A DNA stretch of 64,000 nucleotides from Desulfobacterales bacterium (GTDB lineage Bacteria > Desulfobacterota > Desulfobacteria > Desulfobacterales > UBA5852): positions 1,152,001 through 1,216,000 of the forward strand of contig CAXXVS010000002.1 of assembly GCA_963674755.2 (NCBI GenBank), written 5' to 3'. The translations under genes were made by a program, and so were the position numbers. The notes below the pieces were generated by a model. That model was not told the DNA's origin. It saw only the letters and a program-made list of their open reading frames with translations, and ran no database searches. Shown in pieces: positions 11,960 to 21,148 of the stretch. Positions within the stretch are counted from its first letter, which is position 1. Each line of letters opens with the position of its first letter.

Positions 11960-12352
11960 CTAAGAAACCAATGCGCGCGTCAAAACGCCCATGAATTTGA
12001 ATGAAATGGTGTTCAACCCGTCTTTCGGCCCTGAAATCGCCACCGTTTCAAGGACCACCGTTCCCGCATATTCGGCGTCACCAGCCGTGTCACCCTCCGG
12101 GTAAAGCTTGAGCCCGACAGACGCGCCGGCGGCCATCAGGCGTTGCCCGTTGGCGTCAGCTTCATCGAGCAGACATTCCACGGAACCGGACCCGGCCTTG
12201 CAACCCGACGGCAGGTAGCTGGCCTCGGTATCGCCCATGGATGTTTTTTCGACGATCGAGACGTCTTTTTCCTCATAGTTCCAGGATTGAACTTCGGCGA
12301 CGGAATTCGCGTCGATCTTGACGATCCCGTCGTTTCCGTGATGAACAGCCAT
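11960..12352 (-). CDS. Major tail tube protein
   Basis: G..G.VKI....VAEV.SW, WSGS-like GSGSVE, LKLYPEG motifs. Confidence 0.8.
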   Translation of the reverse strand: MAVHHGNDGIVKIDANSVAEVQSWNYEEKDVSIVEKTSMGDTEASYLPSGCKAGSGSVECLLDEADANGQRLMAAGASVGLKLYPEGDTAGDAEYAGTVVLETVAISGPKDGLNTISFKFMGVLTRALVS

Positions 12353-12361
12353 AGCGCCCCC

Positions 12362-12775
12362 CTATGTCCTGTATTGGATTTGATAGGTCATTGTGATGAT
12401 CCCCACCGGCTTATTGCTTTCGGCATCGAATTCCATGGTTGACGACGCCAGGATGGTGAAAAGCGCCAGACCGCCTAGCTTGGGATCGGCTTCGATCGCC
12501 CCTTCGACGTCTTCGGCGATTTCGTCCAGGGCGTCATCGATCGCGCCGGCGTTCGGCTTCACATAGCCCTGAATTTTAACCGCCACGGTCCGGTCCAGGC
12601 TGCGCCCCATGGCGCCAGGTTCGGACGCTTCTTCGTCGGTATAAATCAACAGACCGGGCAATTTTGATTTATTGAAAGGGTATTTGCGGGACGCGAAGAC
12701 GTTCGCCCCGGTTGCGGGCAGCCCGGTCAAAACGGCCTTCAGGCGGTCCCGGATTTGTTTGCGCTTGTGTGCCAT
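12362..12775 (-). CDS. Tail terminator protein
   Basis: MAHKRKQIRD, LP.L.IYT..E, LD.I...VE motifs; position. Confidence 0.75.
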   Translation of the reverse strand: MAHKRKQIRDRLKAVLTGLPATGANVFASRKYPFNKSKLPGLLIYTDEEASEPGAMGRSLDRTVAVKIQGYVKPNAGAIDDALDEIAEDVEGAIEADPKLGGLALFTILASSTMEFDAESNKPVGIITMTYQIQYRT

Positions 12776-12778
12776 GGG

Positions 12779-13078
12779 TTACCCTTCAAGGATCAGATCA
12801 ACGATCCCGGTCCCGTCCGGCCGGACATTGACGATCGAATACGTCTTCCCGCTAATAACGATCGTGTCGCCTTGCGCCACGCCCGGAACGCTGGCGGCCG
12901 GACAGACGAAAACCGGCTGCGACCCCTCGACGCCTACCGGCCCGCCGACGTCTTCGAAATACTCATTGTTGAAAATGCCGACGATGTCAGGCACAGACGA
13001 ACCGCCGTCCGGCGTCCATACCGCCGTGACAGCATGGCCGCCTTGCTCGAAAAAGGCGCCGGTATCTTCATTGAACAT
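12779..13078 (-). CDS. Head-tail joining/closure protein (FII-like)
   Basis: GD.I.I.G.TY.IV.V.PDGTG...L.L motif. Confidence 0.75.
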   Translation of the reverse strand: MFNEDTGAFFEQGGHAVTAVWTPDGGSSVPDIVGIFNNEYFEDVGGPVGVEGSQPVFVCPAASVPGVAQGDTIVISGKTYSIVNVRPDGTGIVDLILEG

Positions 13079-13573
13079 TTACGCTTTGTCCTTGGATTTC
13101 TTGCCGCCGTCGCGCTTGGCCGTCTTTTTGTCGAGGTCGGCTTCCCGGTTTTCGGCCGTCGGACCGGTCATCATTTCCGGATCGACATCGAAGCCCGTTT
13201 CCAATTCATCCATTTTTGCTTCCATTTCGTCGACCCGCCCGGATAGAGCCTTCACGTCTTGGACGACCCCTTCGAGCGCCCCCGAAACCCGGTCGAAGGC
13301 TTCCGCCATGTGGGCGACGGTTCCCTCGATATCGCCCTTCTTGGCCTTGGAAAGTGCTTTGGCCCTGGCGCTATCTTCGGTGTCGGCCCAGCCCCGCGCA
13401 GCGAATTCGCGGGCGATTTTTTCGGGGACGTCGACCACATCGCCGATTTGATGCAAGACGCCGGCAATGCCGCGCGCTTCCTTCAATTTGATTTTCATGA
13501 TTACCTCCGGCTGATCATTGGAACCGGACGCGCCCGCAATCAGCGCGCGCCCGGTTGTGGTTGATAGCGCCAT
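13079..13573 (-). CDS. Phage head-associated hypothetical protein
   Basis: Directly after capsid stop; GDVVDVPE..A......G.A motif, charged tail; start uncertain (13573 or ~13498). Confidence 0.55.
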   Translation of the reverse strand: MALSTTTGRALIAGASGSNDQPEVIMKIKLKEARGIAGVLHQIGDVVDVPEKIAREFAARGWADTEDSARAKALSKAKKGDIEGTVAHMAEAFDRVSGALEGVVQDVKALSGRVDEMEAKMDELETGFDVDPEMMTGPTAENREADLDKKTAKRDGGKKSKDKA

Positions 13574-13575
13574 GG

Positions 13576-15561
13576 TTAGTTCGTCAGGGCGTCCAGCATG
13601 GCCGAAAAGCTTTCCGCGTGGCGGACCGCGATGTCGACGTCCTGCAGCGCCCGGACCAGAAGACCGCCCGACTTGCTGTAGGTGTAAGGATCGACCAGGA
13701 TGTCGAGGGCGCCCCACATGCCGATAAGCAGGTCATTCCAATTGCCGTAGAAGATCGCGGAACAGACCGCCCCGGAACCGCCCTTGACCAGGTTCGATTT
13801 GACCTGATTCGTCACCAGCGCCCGGTAGCCGTTCAAGGGATATTGGGTATTGACGCGATCCCACACCCGGATGCCGGTGTCGGTCCCGATATCGGTCTTT
13901 TTCAGCTTGCCGCGCACTTTCGTATTGGTGATATAGGCCAGCGCACCCAGGTCCGCGTTGTCGATGGCGACCGCCGTTTCCAGGTCGATGATATGGCTGT
14001 CCGTGGGTGCTGCGCCGTCGGCGCCGCCCACCACTGACCCGATTCCGGACGTCGCGGCGACGCCGGTCGGCTGGTTGTCGAGCCCGGTGCCATGCAGGCC
14101 GGCCAGATCGATGCCCAGGGCAACGGCGGCCGCCAGGTCGTCGCGGGTCAACTGTTCGATGGCCGGCGAGGACTGCGCCAGCATCTGGCGCGTGATTTCG
14201 GAATAGGTGCCGACGGTCTTCGGGGTCAGACCGACCGTTCCGTAGGATGCTTCGGATTGGGTCGGGTTTTCCGTGATCCCTTCGGCGACCCAGTAGACCG
14301 ACGCCCCGGAGGTCCGTTTGGGGATCGCCAGGTTGCCCACCAGACCGTCGAGCACCCGTGCGCCGGCCAGCCGCAGCACAAGTTTGTTCCGCAGAATGTC
14401 GATGAAGGCGCTGGCCATGTGGACGGTTCCCACCAGCGCGGCATCATCCGTCGTGTTGAGGTCGCGTTGCCCGGAAAGCATCACGTCCATGGGAATGAAG
14501 GCGCCTTTCGCCTCCCTGTGCATCCGTTTGGCGACCGCGCGGGAGCATTCCATTTCGAAACCGGCCGCTTCCTGCGCCTGGCGGTCGTTGGGCGACGCCA
14601 GGGCGCGGATCAAACGGATAAAGGAAAAGCGTTTGGCTTCGTCGCCAGACAGACCGATGTTCGGATCCGGCTGTTCGACCGGGCGGGCGCCGCGCTTGGC
14701 CATTTCATCCAGCACGAAGGCGCGGAACTGTTCGACGGACTTCCCCTCCCCGATGGCCTTGACGGCCTGGTCGCGGAAGCCGTGGCTTTCGCCGATCGCC
14801 ATGATATCGGCGCAACGGTTCTGCTCTTCCTGGCGCGTGTCGGCCTTGATCCTGTCGACGTCGACTTCCGTCTCAGCCGGCGCGGCGGGCGCGGCCGGAG
14901 CAGCGCCGCGCGTCTCAATTTTTTCTTCGGTCCCTTGTTTCTTCATGGCCCTTTCCCCCTTTGCAGGTTTATTGTTGAGTCCAAATTGTGACCGGCATTC
15001 TTCAAAATCGGCGTCGAGGCCTTCGGCGATCTCGATTTCGGTTTCGAATTCCCGACCGTCTTCGGCGCGGCCGATGCCAACGCTGTCATCGGCCGGGATG
15101 GAAACGATGGAGATTTCCAGCGGCTTCCAATACACCCGGTAGGTGTTGCCCTTTTCCTCGTCTTTTTCGATCAGAACCGCCTTTTTGATTTGATATCCGA
15201 CCGAAACATTCGACCGAATGCTGTCCTTGACGTCGGAAAATTCATCTTCGGCCCGCTGCGACTTACCGAACCGCACGACCGCCTGGCCCCGTTTCCCCTT
15301 GATCAATGCGCTTTCGACAACGCCCGTCTGTTCGTCCCGCCAGTGCTCCCGCAACAGCGGCGCCCGCCCGGACGCCAGAAAGGACAAATCCACTTCTTCG
15401 GGCTTATGCCCCAGGATTTCGCGGCCGAAATAGCGTTCGACCGGTGTTTCACTGGAAAAGGACAAGGCCACGGTCCGCTTGTCTTCGTCGATGGCCCGGA
15501 TAACTTCCTCACCATCGATCAGCCGATAAAAAACGCCGGTTTTGATGGTATTGCGCTTCAT
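13576..15561 (-). CDS. Prohead protease-major capsid protein fusion (HK97 fold)
   Basis: N-terminal LLREH / EISIVSIPAD protease motifs; C-terminal capsid with WVAEG and D...RH.ESF. Confidence 0.92.
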   Translation of the reverse strand: MKRNTIKTGVFYRLIDGEEVIRAIDEDKRTVALSFSSETPVERYFGREILGHKPEEVDLSFLASGRAPLLREHWRDEQTGVVESALIKGKRGQAVVRFGKSQRAEDEFSDVKDSIRSNVSVGYQIKKAVLIEKDEEKGNTYRVYWKPLEISIVSIPADDSVGIGRAEDGREFETEIEIAEGLDADFEECRSQFGLNNKPAKGERAMKKQGTEEKIETRGAAPAAPAAPAETEVDVDRIKADTRQEEQNRCADIMAIGESHGFRDQAVKAIGEGKSVEQFRAFVLDEMAKRGARPVEQPDPNIGLSGDEAKRFSFIRLIRALASPNDRQAQEAAGFEMECSRAVAKRMHREAKGAFIPMDVMLSGQRDLNTTDDAALVGTVHMASAFIDILRNKLVLRLAGARVLDGLVGNLAIPKRTSGASVYWVAEGITENPTQSEASYGTVGLTPKTVGTYSEITRQMLAQSSPAIEQLTRDDLAAAVALGIDLAGLHGTGLDNQPTGVAATSGIGSVVGGADGAAPTDSHIIDLETAVAIDNADLGALAYITNTKVRGKLKKTDIGTDTGIRVWDRVNTQYPLNGYRALVTNQVKSNLVKGGSGAVCSAIFYGNWNDLLIGMWGALDILVDPYTYSKSGGLLVRALQDVDIAVRHAESFSAMLDALTN

Positions 15562-17069
15562 AGCGTCCCTCCTGGTTGCTTGGGTGGCCCGGATAAAATA
15601 TCGATCGACAATCCGTATCTTTCGGCAAGTTTTTTCGCGGCCGCGATTTGTTCGAAAATTTCTTCGAGGTCCCGCCCCTGTGCGCCGGCGATATCCTGCG
15701 GCGACTGAAAGCCGTTTTTCACGGCCTTTTCATGGGCGGCCCCTTCCTGCGCCGGGTTGACCCACTGCCAGCCGCGCGGCCGCCAGATCACTGCATTGAA
15801 TTTGTCGAATTTGCGCGGCGGAAGCATGAGCCCGCCCAGGGTCAGCCCGGCGTCCAGCCAGGATTCCTGCACGTCGGTCAAGAAGTGCTCGATCATCCAG
15901 CCTTGCAGGGTCCGCCAGTGGTCCCGTTCCTCCTGCGTCCCCTGCCGAATGGATGAGAAGGAAACGCCGCGCAAATCATTGGCAAGACCGATATAGGAAA
16001 CGTTCAGGCCGGACGCCGCCCCGCGCAAAATCGCCAGAACAAAAGCCTCATAGGCCGCCACCGGGTGATCCGGATCCCACTTCACGAAATCCCAGCCTTG
16101 GGGCAATTCCTCGAACGTGCCGGCGGATGCGTCCATGACGGGCGCTTTCTTTTCGGCGCCCTCGTCTTCGTCGTATTCGTCGCCGGTGTAGTCTTCCCCG
16201 CCATCGTTCTTGAAAAACCCCATTTTGGCGGCCGCCGTGCGCGATGCGACAAGTTCGGCTTCCTCATAGCCGCCCAGCATTTGAAGGCGCCGCGCCGCCG
16301 TGTGCATCCAGGGGACGCCCCGGCTTTGACCGATCCGGTCAATCAAGAATTCGTGGATGATTTCATCGGCCGGGACCCGCTCGTGCCGGTCGTAATAGTG
16401 CGAGGTTTCCGAAAACAGATAGTCGGCATTCGTCCGCCGCTTGAGGTGATAGGCCACCGGCCGGCGCCATTGGTCGAATTCGACCCCCAGGCGGATCGAT
16501 CCGTCATTGGGCAAGGCCAGGTTCTTCTCATGATCGAGCAAATCGGGCTCGATGAACTGAAGCGCAAATTTGTATTTATTTCGTACCCACGGCCCCTTGT
16601 GCTTGCGGACGATCGATTCGCCGTCCCTGGCCACGGTTTCGATGAAAAGCTTTTGGCAATCGACCATGGAAAGCCTGCCGTCCACCGTGCAATTGCCTTT
16701 TTTCCCGAAATGCTTCCATTCCGCTTCGAGATAGTCGTTGTCGAATTTGTCCAGGTTGCCGGCGTCGTCTTTCGAAACGAATTGCAGGCGGATCCCGGAA
16801 GGCCCGACAACGTTCGTCCGCAGCATGTTGAAAAAGCGCTTGGCGTAATCGTTGTTTTTGGCCAGGTGCCGCGATCGGACACGCATCGGCGCCAGCGCCA
16901 TATACAAGTCGCGGTCGGCGGTCCCGCCGGTGGTCGGCCAGTCTTTCCAAAGGCGCCCGGCATCGGCCGCCGCATAGCTGCGCCGCGATCCGCCGGGGGT
17001 TCGCCGGCGCGGCGGGGTGGCCCGCTGCATCGTTCTGAGGTCAAGACTGTCGATCAATGGCAATCTCAA
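15558..17069 (-). CDS. Phage portal protein, lambda family
   Basis: RSR.L..NN.YA, GVEFD..RRPVAYH, Q.RGVPW, SFSS.R, W.WVNP motifs. Confidence 0.92.
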   Translation of the reverse strand: MRLPLIDSLDLRTMQRATPPRRRTPGGSRRSYAAADAGRLWKDWPTTGGTADRDLYMALAPMRVRSRHLAKNNDYAKRFFNMLRTNVVGPSGIRLQFVSKDDAGNLDKFDNDYLEAEWKHFGKKGNCTVDGRLSMVDCQKLFIETVARDGESIVRKHKGPWVRNKYKFALQFIEPDLLDHEKNLALPNDGSIRLGVEFDQWRRPVAYHLKRRTNADYLFSETSHYYDRHERVPADEIIHEFLIDRIGQSRGVPWMHTAARRLQMLGGYEEAELVASRTAAAKMGFFKNDGGEDYTGDEYDEDEGAEKKAPVMDASAGTFEELPQGWDFVKWDPDHPVAAYEAFVLAILRGAASGLNVSYIGLANDLRGVSFSSIRQGTQEERDHWRTLQGWMIEHFLTDVQESWLDAGLTLGGLMLPPRKFDKFNAVIWRPRGWQWVNPAQEGAAHEKAVKNGFQSPQDIAGAQGRDLEEIFEQIAAAKKLAERYGLSIDILSGPPKQPGGTL

Positions 17070-17611
17070 GAGAATTGCACCCCGATCTTGGACGGCCGCG
17101 CCAGGCCGTACTTGCGGTTGAAAGCCCGCAGTTCGTTGCGGTAATAGCCCCGCATTTCACGCAGCTCGGTCCAACTGTATTTGGACAGGGACCGGCCGGC
17201 GATCGAATAGGAATAATTGTCGGCCGTGGCCTTGCCCAAAAGAACGGCCTCGATGTTCTCAAGCGCCTGTTCGCAGTGCGCCCGCCATTCAAGACCATCC
17301 GTCGCGGCCGCCAGGCTGTCCTTGACTTCAATAATGCCTTCCCCAACCGTGAAGACGTCGTCGCCGTTTTCGATCCGGGCCTGATAGAAATAGCGGCCGG
17401 CCTCAAACACGCCGGAAGCCGCAGCCGCGATCGTGACCAAGTGGCTATCGCCGGAGGGCTCAGCCGTCAAAACGATCTGCTTCCCGGATTTGACCAGGTA
17501 ATATTTGAGGACATTCCCGGCGGACGCCGGATAAGCGGAAAAGAATTTCACCCACCGGACGGTATCGCCGGCGCGAAAGGAAAGCGGTTCTCGGGAAGGG
17601 ATGTCGGCCAT
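17066..17611 (-). CDS. Head-to-tail adaptor (gpW-like C-terminus)
   Basis: EP....AGDT..W N-terminus; SYSIAGRSL....ELR C-terminus; precedes portal. Confidence 0.7.
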   Translation of the reverse strand: MADIPSREPLSFRAGDTVRWVKFFSAYPASAGNVLKYYLVKSGKQIVLTAEPSGDSHLVTIAAAASGVFEAGRYFYQARIENGDDVFTVGEGIIEVKDSLAAATDGLEWRAHCEQALENIEAVLLGKATADNYSYSIAGRSLSKYSWTELREMRGYYRNELRAFNRKYGLARPSKIGVQFS

Positions 17612-17869
17612 AGAAAAACCCCATGCTTAATTTACCGGCTTCTTAGCATGGGGTATTTATGGCTTTCCGCGATCAAACCGAAAAAAGTATGAAATACACT
17701 GAAAAAGGCATTGATGAGGTCTTGACAAGTATTCTAAGTAAGTTTCTTACTAATCAACATATATATTGCATATTTTAATACTATTATTTCTCGATTAATC
17801 GGTGTGCCATAAAATTTGATAATACTTTACATCGTGTTATATCCAACCTTAAAAGGATTTTCTTTAGAA

Positions 17870-18604
17870 TCAGGGACGAGGAATCGGTTCCCAGTTTTGG
17901 TTTCCCCCATGATAATGAAAATAGGCTAAATGCAAAGCATTATGTCTATCCTCAAGTGGGTTAATAGTGTTCCAATCATAAGGAACATCATTTAGTGAAA
18001 CACTATATAATCGAGAAGAGAGGCAATAATATCTCCCTATATCGCTTTGCTCAACTACATAGTTGAAATTAATGACAGCGCTACTAAATGCTTGCAATGA
18101 AATTGATTCCAACCCAATTACTTTAGAATCTTTTATGGAAACAATGCCGGCATTGTTCTGCCAGTCAAAATTCGTAAAATCAAATATTCTAAGTTCAATT
18201 GTTACGCAGGGTGCATCTAAATCGCCGCTGTTTCGAACTGTGCAAGATATTTTTCGAGTTTCTCCAACCGGTCCAATCATAACTGCGCCAAGAAACTCTT
18301 GAGATATGTCTGTAGAGTGAACAGGATGAGTACACCCAGCATAGCATATATCTCTTATATCCTTTGTAAATTCGATTGGTCGTATTCCTTCATCATGTGT
18401 ATGGGTTTTTACATGGAGAAATGAATTCCCGATAAACACACCTGGCTTTTTTTTCAAAGAATTTGGAATCCTTTTCGTTTCTCTATTTTGCGTTTCTTTT
18501 AATTTTAAAATTGTTTTATATGTTTTATTGAGCTTCGATTTGGGGTTGGTGATAATATCTTTAGTAATCGGCATAACGGACTCCTTATTATATAATATCT
18601 TCAT
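17870..18604 (-). CDS. Hypothetical moron protein, beta-rich (possible Ig/CARDB-like C-terminal half)
   Basis: AT-rich; overlaps upstream gene by 17 nt; TVRNSGDLDA...V.I strand pattern. Confidence 0.6.
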   Translation of the reverse strand: MKILYNKESVMPITKDIITNPKSKLNKTYKTILKLKETQNRETKRIPNSLKKKPGVFIGNSFLHVKTHTHDEGIRPIEFTKDIRDICYAGCTHPVHSTDISQEFLGAVMIGPVGETRKISCTVRNSGDLDAPCVTIELRIFDFTNFDWQNNAGIVSIKDSKVIGLESISLQAFSSAVINFNYVVEQSDIGRYYCLSSRLYSVSLNDVPYDWNTINPLEDRHNALHLAYFHYHGGNQNWEPIPRP

Positions 18605-20420
18605 TTACTGGGAGATTATCCAAATCAATCGCAGGGAAAAGATCACTATCTGTTTCTTTTAATTTCCAACATTTGTAACCTATCCCTCTATCGCCATCTA
18701 AATTAAAATTCGGTATGTTTTTTTCTTCCTCATACAACCTTTTTAAGAGAGTTACTGTAAAATCAGGTGCATTCCCAAAACCATACTTATCTAAACAACT
18801 ACCTAAAGGATCATTGGACGATGAATTATTCTGTACTCCGTATTCCTCTCTAAGGTCATCTTCCGTAATACTGTCCACGATGTCTAAAAGGTCCCCGTTT
18901 GATCTGAAATCTCCGTTGATATACCAATGGTAACTTTTACGAAAATAGGTAAAAGGACTAACTAACCTTGATCTAGTTTCAATATCATCGGAATTTGCTG
19001 GAAATAATAAATGACCAGCACCATTCAAATCTACACCAGCATTGAATAGTTTAGTATGCGGATATTTTTTACTGCTAGCAATATAGTATTCATTATGGTC
19101 TGGTTTGGTTGGATCAAGCATATGCTGTATAAACCCATTACTCAAATGACTATCCAGTGGATAGCCCAAACCATTCAGAGCAATTCCCAATCTGAAATGG
19201 GAATATGCAGTAAACAAATACTCATAGATCAATGATATATAAAATCGTAGAGGTGATAGGGCAATAGTTGTTATAGCTCCTGCAATAAAATCTGCTAAAG
19301 CTGCTGCTAACAACAACGGGCATAGAATCGCTGCGGCGATTGCGGTAAATATGCCTAATATTCCCCCACCGCCAGCATCAAAAGAGTCAGGTATAAGATC
19401 GGATATTCCATCTATATTTCTGACAAATGTATCAAACGCCTCTTGAAGTTCTTGAGTTAGAGAATATGGTTCTGGTTGAGGAAGAGTACCAGTAGATGTA
19501 GTTGCTTTAAACCATTTAAACCAATACCAATATGATTCTTCGATATGTTTTAATTCGATTTTTTCTGCGAACAATCCATTATAAATTGTGTTCATACCTT
19601 CTTTTATATACTTTTGTAGTTCTTCTGGAAGAATACCTTCCTTATGTCCTGTCCCGAAACTAAATTTTTTATACAAATTGCTTCGGACAAAGTCGCCATC
19701 ACAAAACAATTTGTAGGCAGCAACATCTTGAAAGGACTCAGCCACTTTATGACGTTGTGGTTGATATCGATATGGACCTCCAGCAACCATGTTTACAAAG
19801 GGATGCCCTACAACGTCGGAGGCAATATGTGTAAGATATCCCAATGCATACGCATGCAGATTATTCCCTGGTTCCGCTTTTTTCAGTAAGAACTCTGCAA
19901 ATTCCCCAGTTCTACGATAGTGTAATCTATCAAACCACCACCATTTTGTAGGGTTGTCACCATTCTGAATTGGATGTCCAAGCATTTGAAATAGGTTATG
20001 AGATTCGATAATATATAACTGGACTTTAGCTTCCACGGTAGAATGCAAAGCACCTACTAGTTGATGAATCTGATTAACTAAGTCGTTTATTTCGCTTGTT
20101 AATGATGATGCTCGTTCTATTCTATCCTTGGCTTCTCTAATTGGTTTGATAATTTTATCAATTTTTTCTTTAAATTCTTGTACAAATACAGATACATCTT
20201 TGTACGCAGTTGCTAAATTACTGATTGGCATCCCAGATGCTAATTCAATGTCTTTTGGATTAAAGAATAAAAAATCAGGCCCAAGTGTGCCAGCGTGCAT
20301 ATAATTCGAATAATCTTCCATTTCTTGTTTTATATGACTAATTAATATCCTATCAGACAATTTGGATAAGTACCGATTAACTTCCTTTGCAACAATATAA
20401 TGTATTGCAGGCCCTGACAT
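18588..20420 (-). CDS. Zinc-dependent phospholipase C / P1-nuclease-fold protein with central hydrophobic hairpin
   Basis: N-terminal H (GPAIH), G..GPD, LHY, GYLTH..SD...HP.VN, RH...E Zn-ligand pattern; GGAGG RBS. Confidence 0.75.
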   Translation of the reverse strand: MSGPAIHYIVAKEVNRYLSKLSDRILISHIKQEMEDYSNYMHAGTLGPDFLFFNPKDIELASGMPISNLATAYKDVSVFVQEFKEKIDKIIKPIREAKDRIERASSLTSEINDLVNQIHQLVGALHSTVEAKVQLYIIESHNLFQMLGHPIQNGDNPTKWWWFDRLHYRRTGEFAEFLLKKAEPGNNLHAYALGYLTHIASDVVGHPFVNMVAGGPYRYQPQRHKVAESFQDVAAYKLFCDGDFVRSNLYKKFSFGTGHKEGILPEELQKYIKEGMNTIYNGLFAEKIELKHIEESYWYWFKWFKATTSTGTLPQPEPYSLTQELQEAFDTFVRNIDGISDLIPDSFDAGGGGILGIFTAIAAAILCPLLLAAALADFIAGAITTIALSPLRFYISLIYEYLFTAYSHFRLGIALNGLGYPLDSHLSNGFIQHMLDPTKPDHNEYYIASSKKYPHTKLFNAGVDLNGAGHLLFPANSDDIETRSRLVSPFTYFRKSYHWYINGDFRSNGDLLDIVDSITEDDLREEYGVQNNSSSNDPLGSCLDKYGFGNAPDFTVTLLKRLYEEEKNIPNFNLDGDRGIGYKCWKLKETDSDLFPAIDLDNLPVNEDII

Positions 20421-20865
20421 AATTACACCTCCATGAAAAGAGAAATACCGCGATTATATGGAAAACTATGGATACTTGAAGAAAAGAGAAAGTATAGTAA
20501 ATTGGGCTATATCAACGATTGAAAGTTCATAACCAGCAGTATGTACTTTCCTATTGATAAAGTAATCTGTTTGAATCCAAATCAAGGCAAGTGATGCTTA
20601 ATGTAGCGATTGATTCAAACAGAAATAAGCCAGAGAAAAATGTGCAGGAGAGTAGAAATTCAGAGTTTGCTCGAAAGCATGGTAGGAGCCGATTTAGAAT
20701 ATCGAATAGAATATTTGATAAGATTGTATCATTCCTTAATCGAATCTGTCAATAATTTGTATATATAGCAATGAAAAAGGTGGGTAATTAGTAATTTACT
20801 GATTTTCTACAAAGTATTGAATACTGAAGTCTTTGTTAAATAAAATAAATATGAATATTATATTA

Positions 20866-21138
20866 TCATAGATCTGTGTCCAAGTCAGCGTCGCGCTTGG
20901 CATTTGGAAGGTATTTCCTTTGCTGACGGATCATCCAATTCTGGAGTTCGAAGCCAAGCGCCCGCCATGGTCCGCGTCCGTCGCGCTTCCAAGCCGGAAG
21001 GCCCTCCCTTTTCACCAGTTCCGGGATCTTCTTTGCGTCTTCCTTGATGAATTCCGCGATCTCGCTCGCTCCCCGTAACATTTCAACCGGTGTCGGTGGG
21101 AATTTGATCGGGCGACCCTTCGTTTTCGGTACTGCCAT
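20866..21138 (-). CDS. Small HTH DNA-binding protein after terminase (possible late activator)
   Basis: L.G..EIA.F.......L....GLPA.K winged-HTH pattern; AAAGGGGG RBS. Confidence 0.55.
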   Translation of the reverse strand: MAVPKTKGRPIKFPPTPVEMLRGASEIAEFIKEDAKKIPELVKREGLPAWKRDGRGPWRALGFELQNWMIRQQRKYLPNAKRDADLDTDL

Positions 21139-21148
21139 CGTTCCCCCT

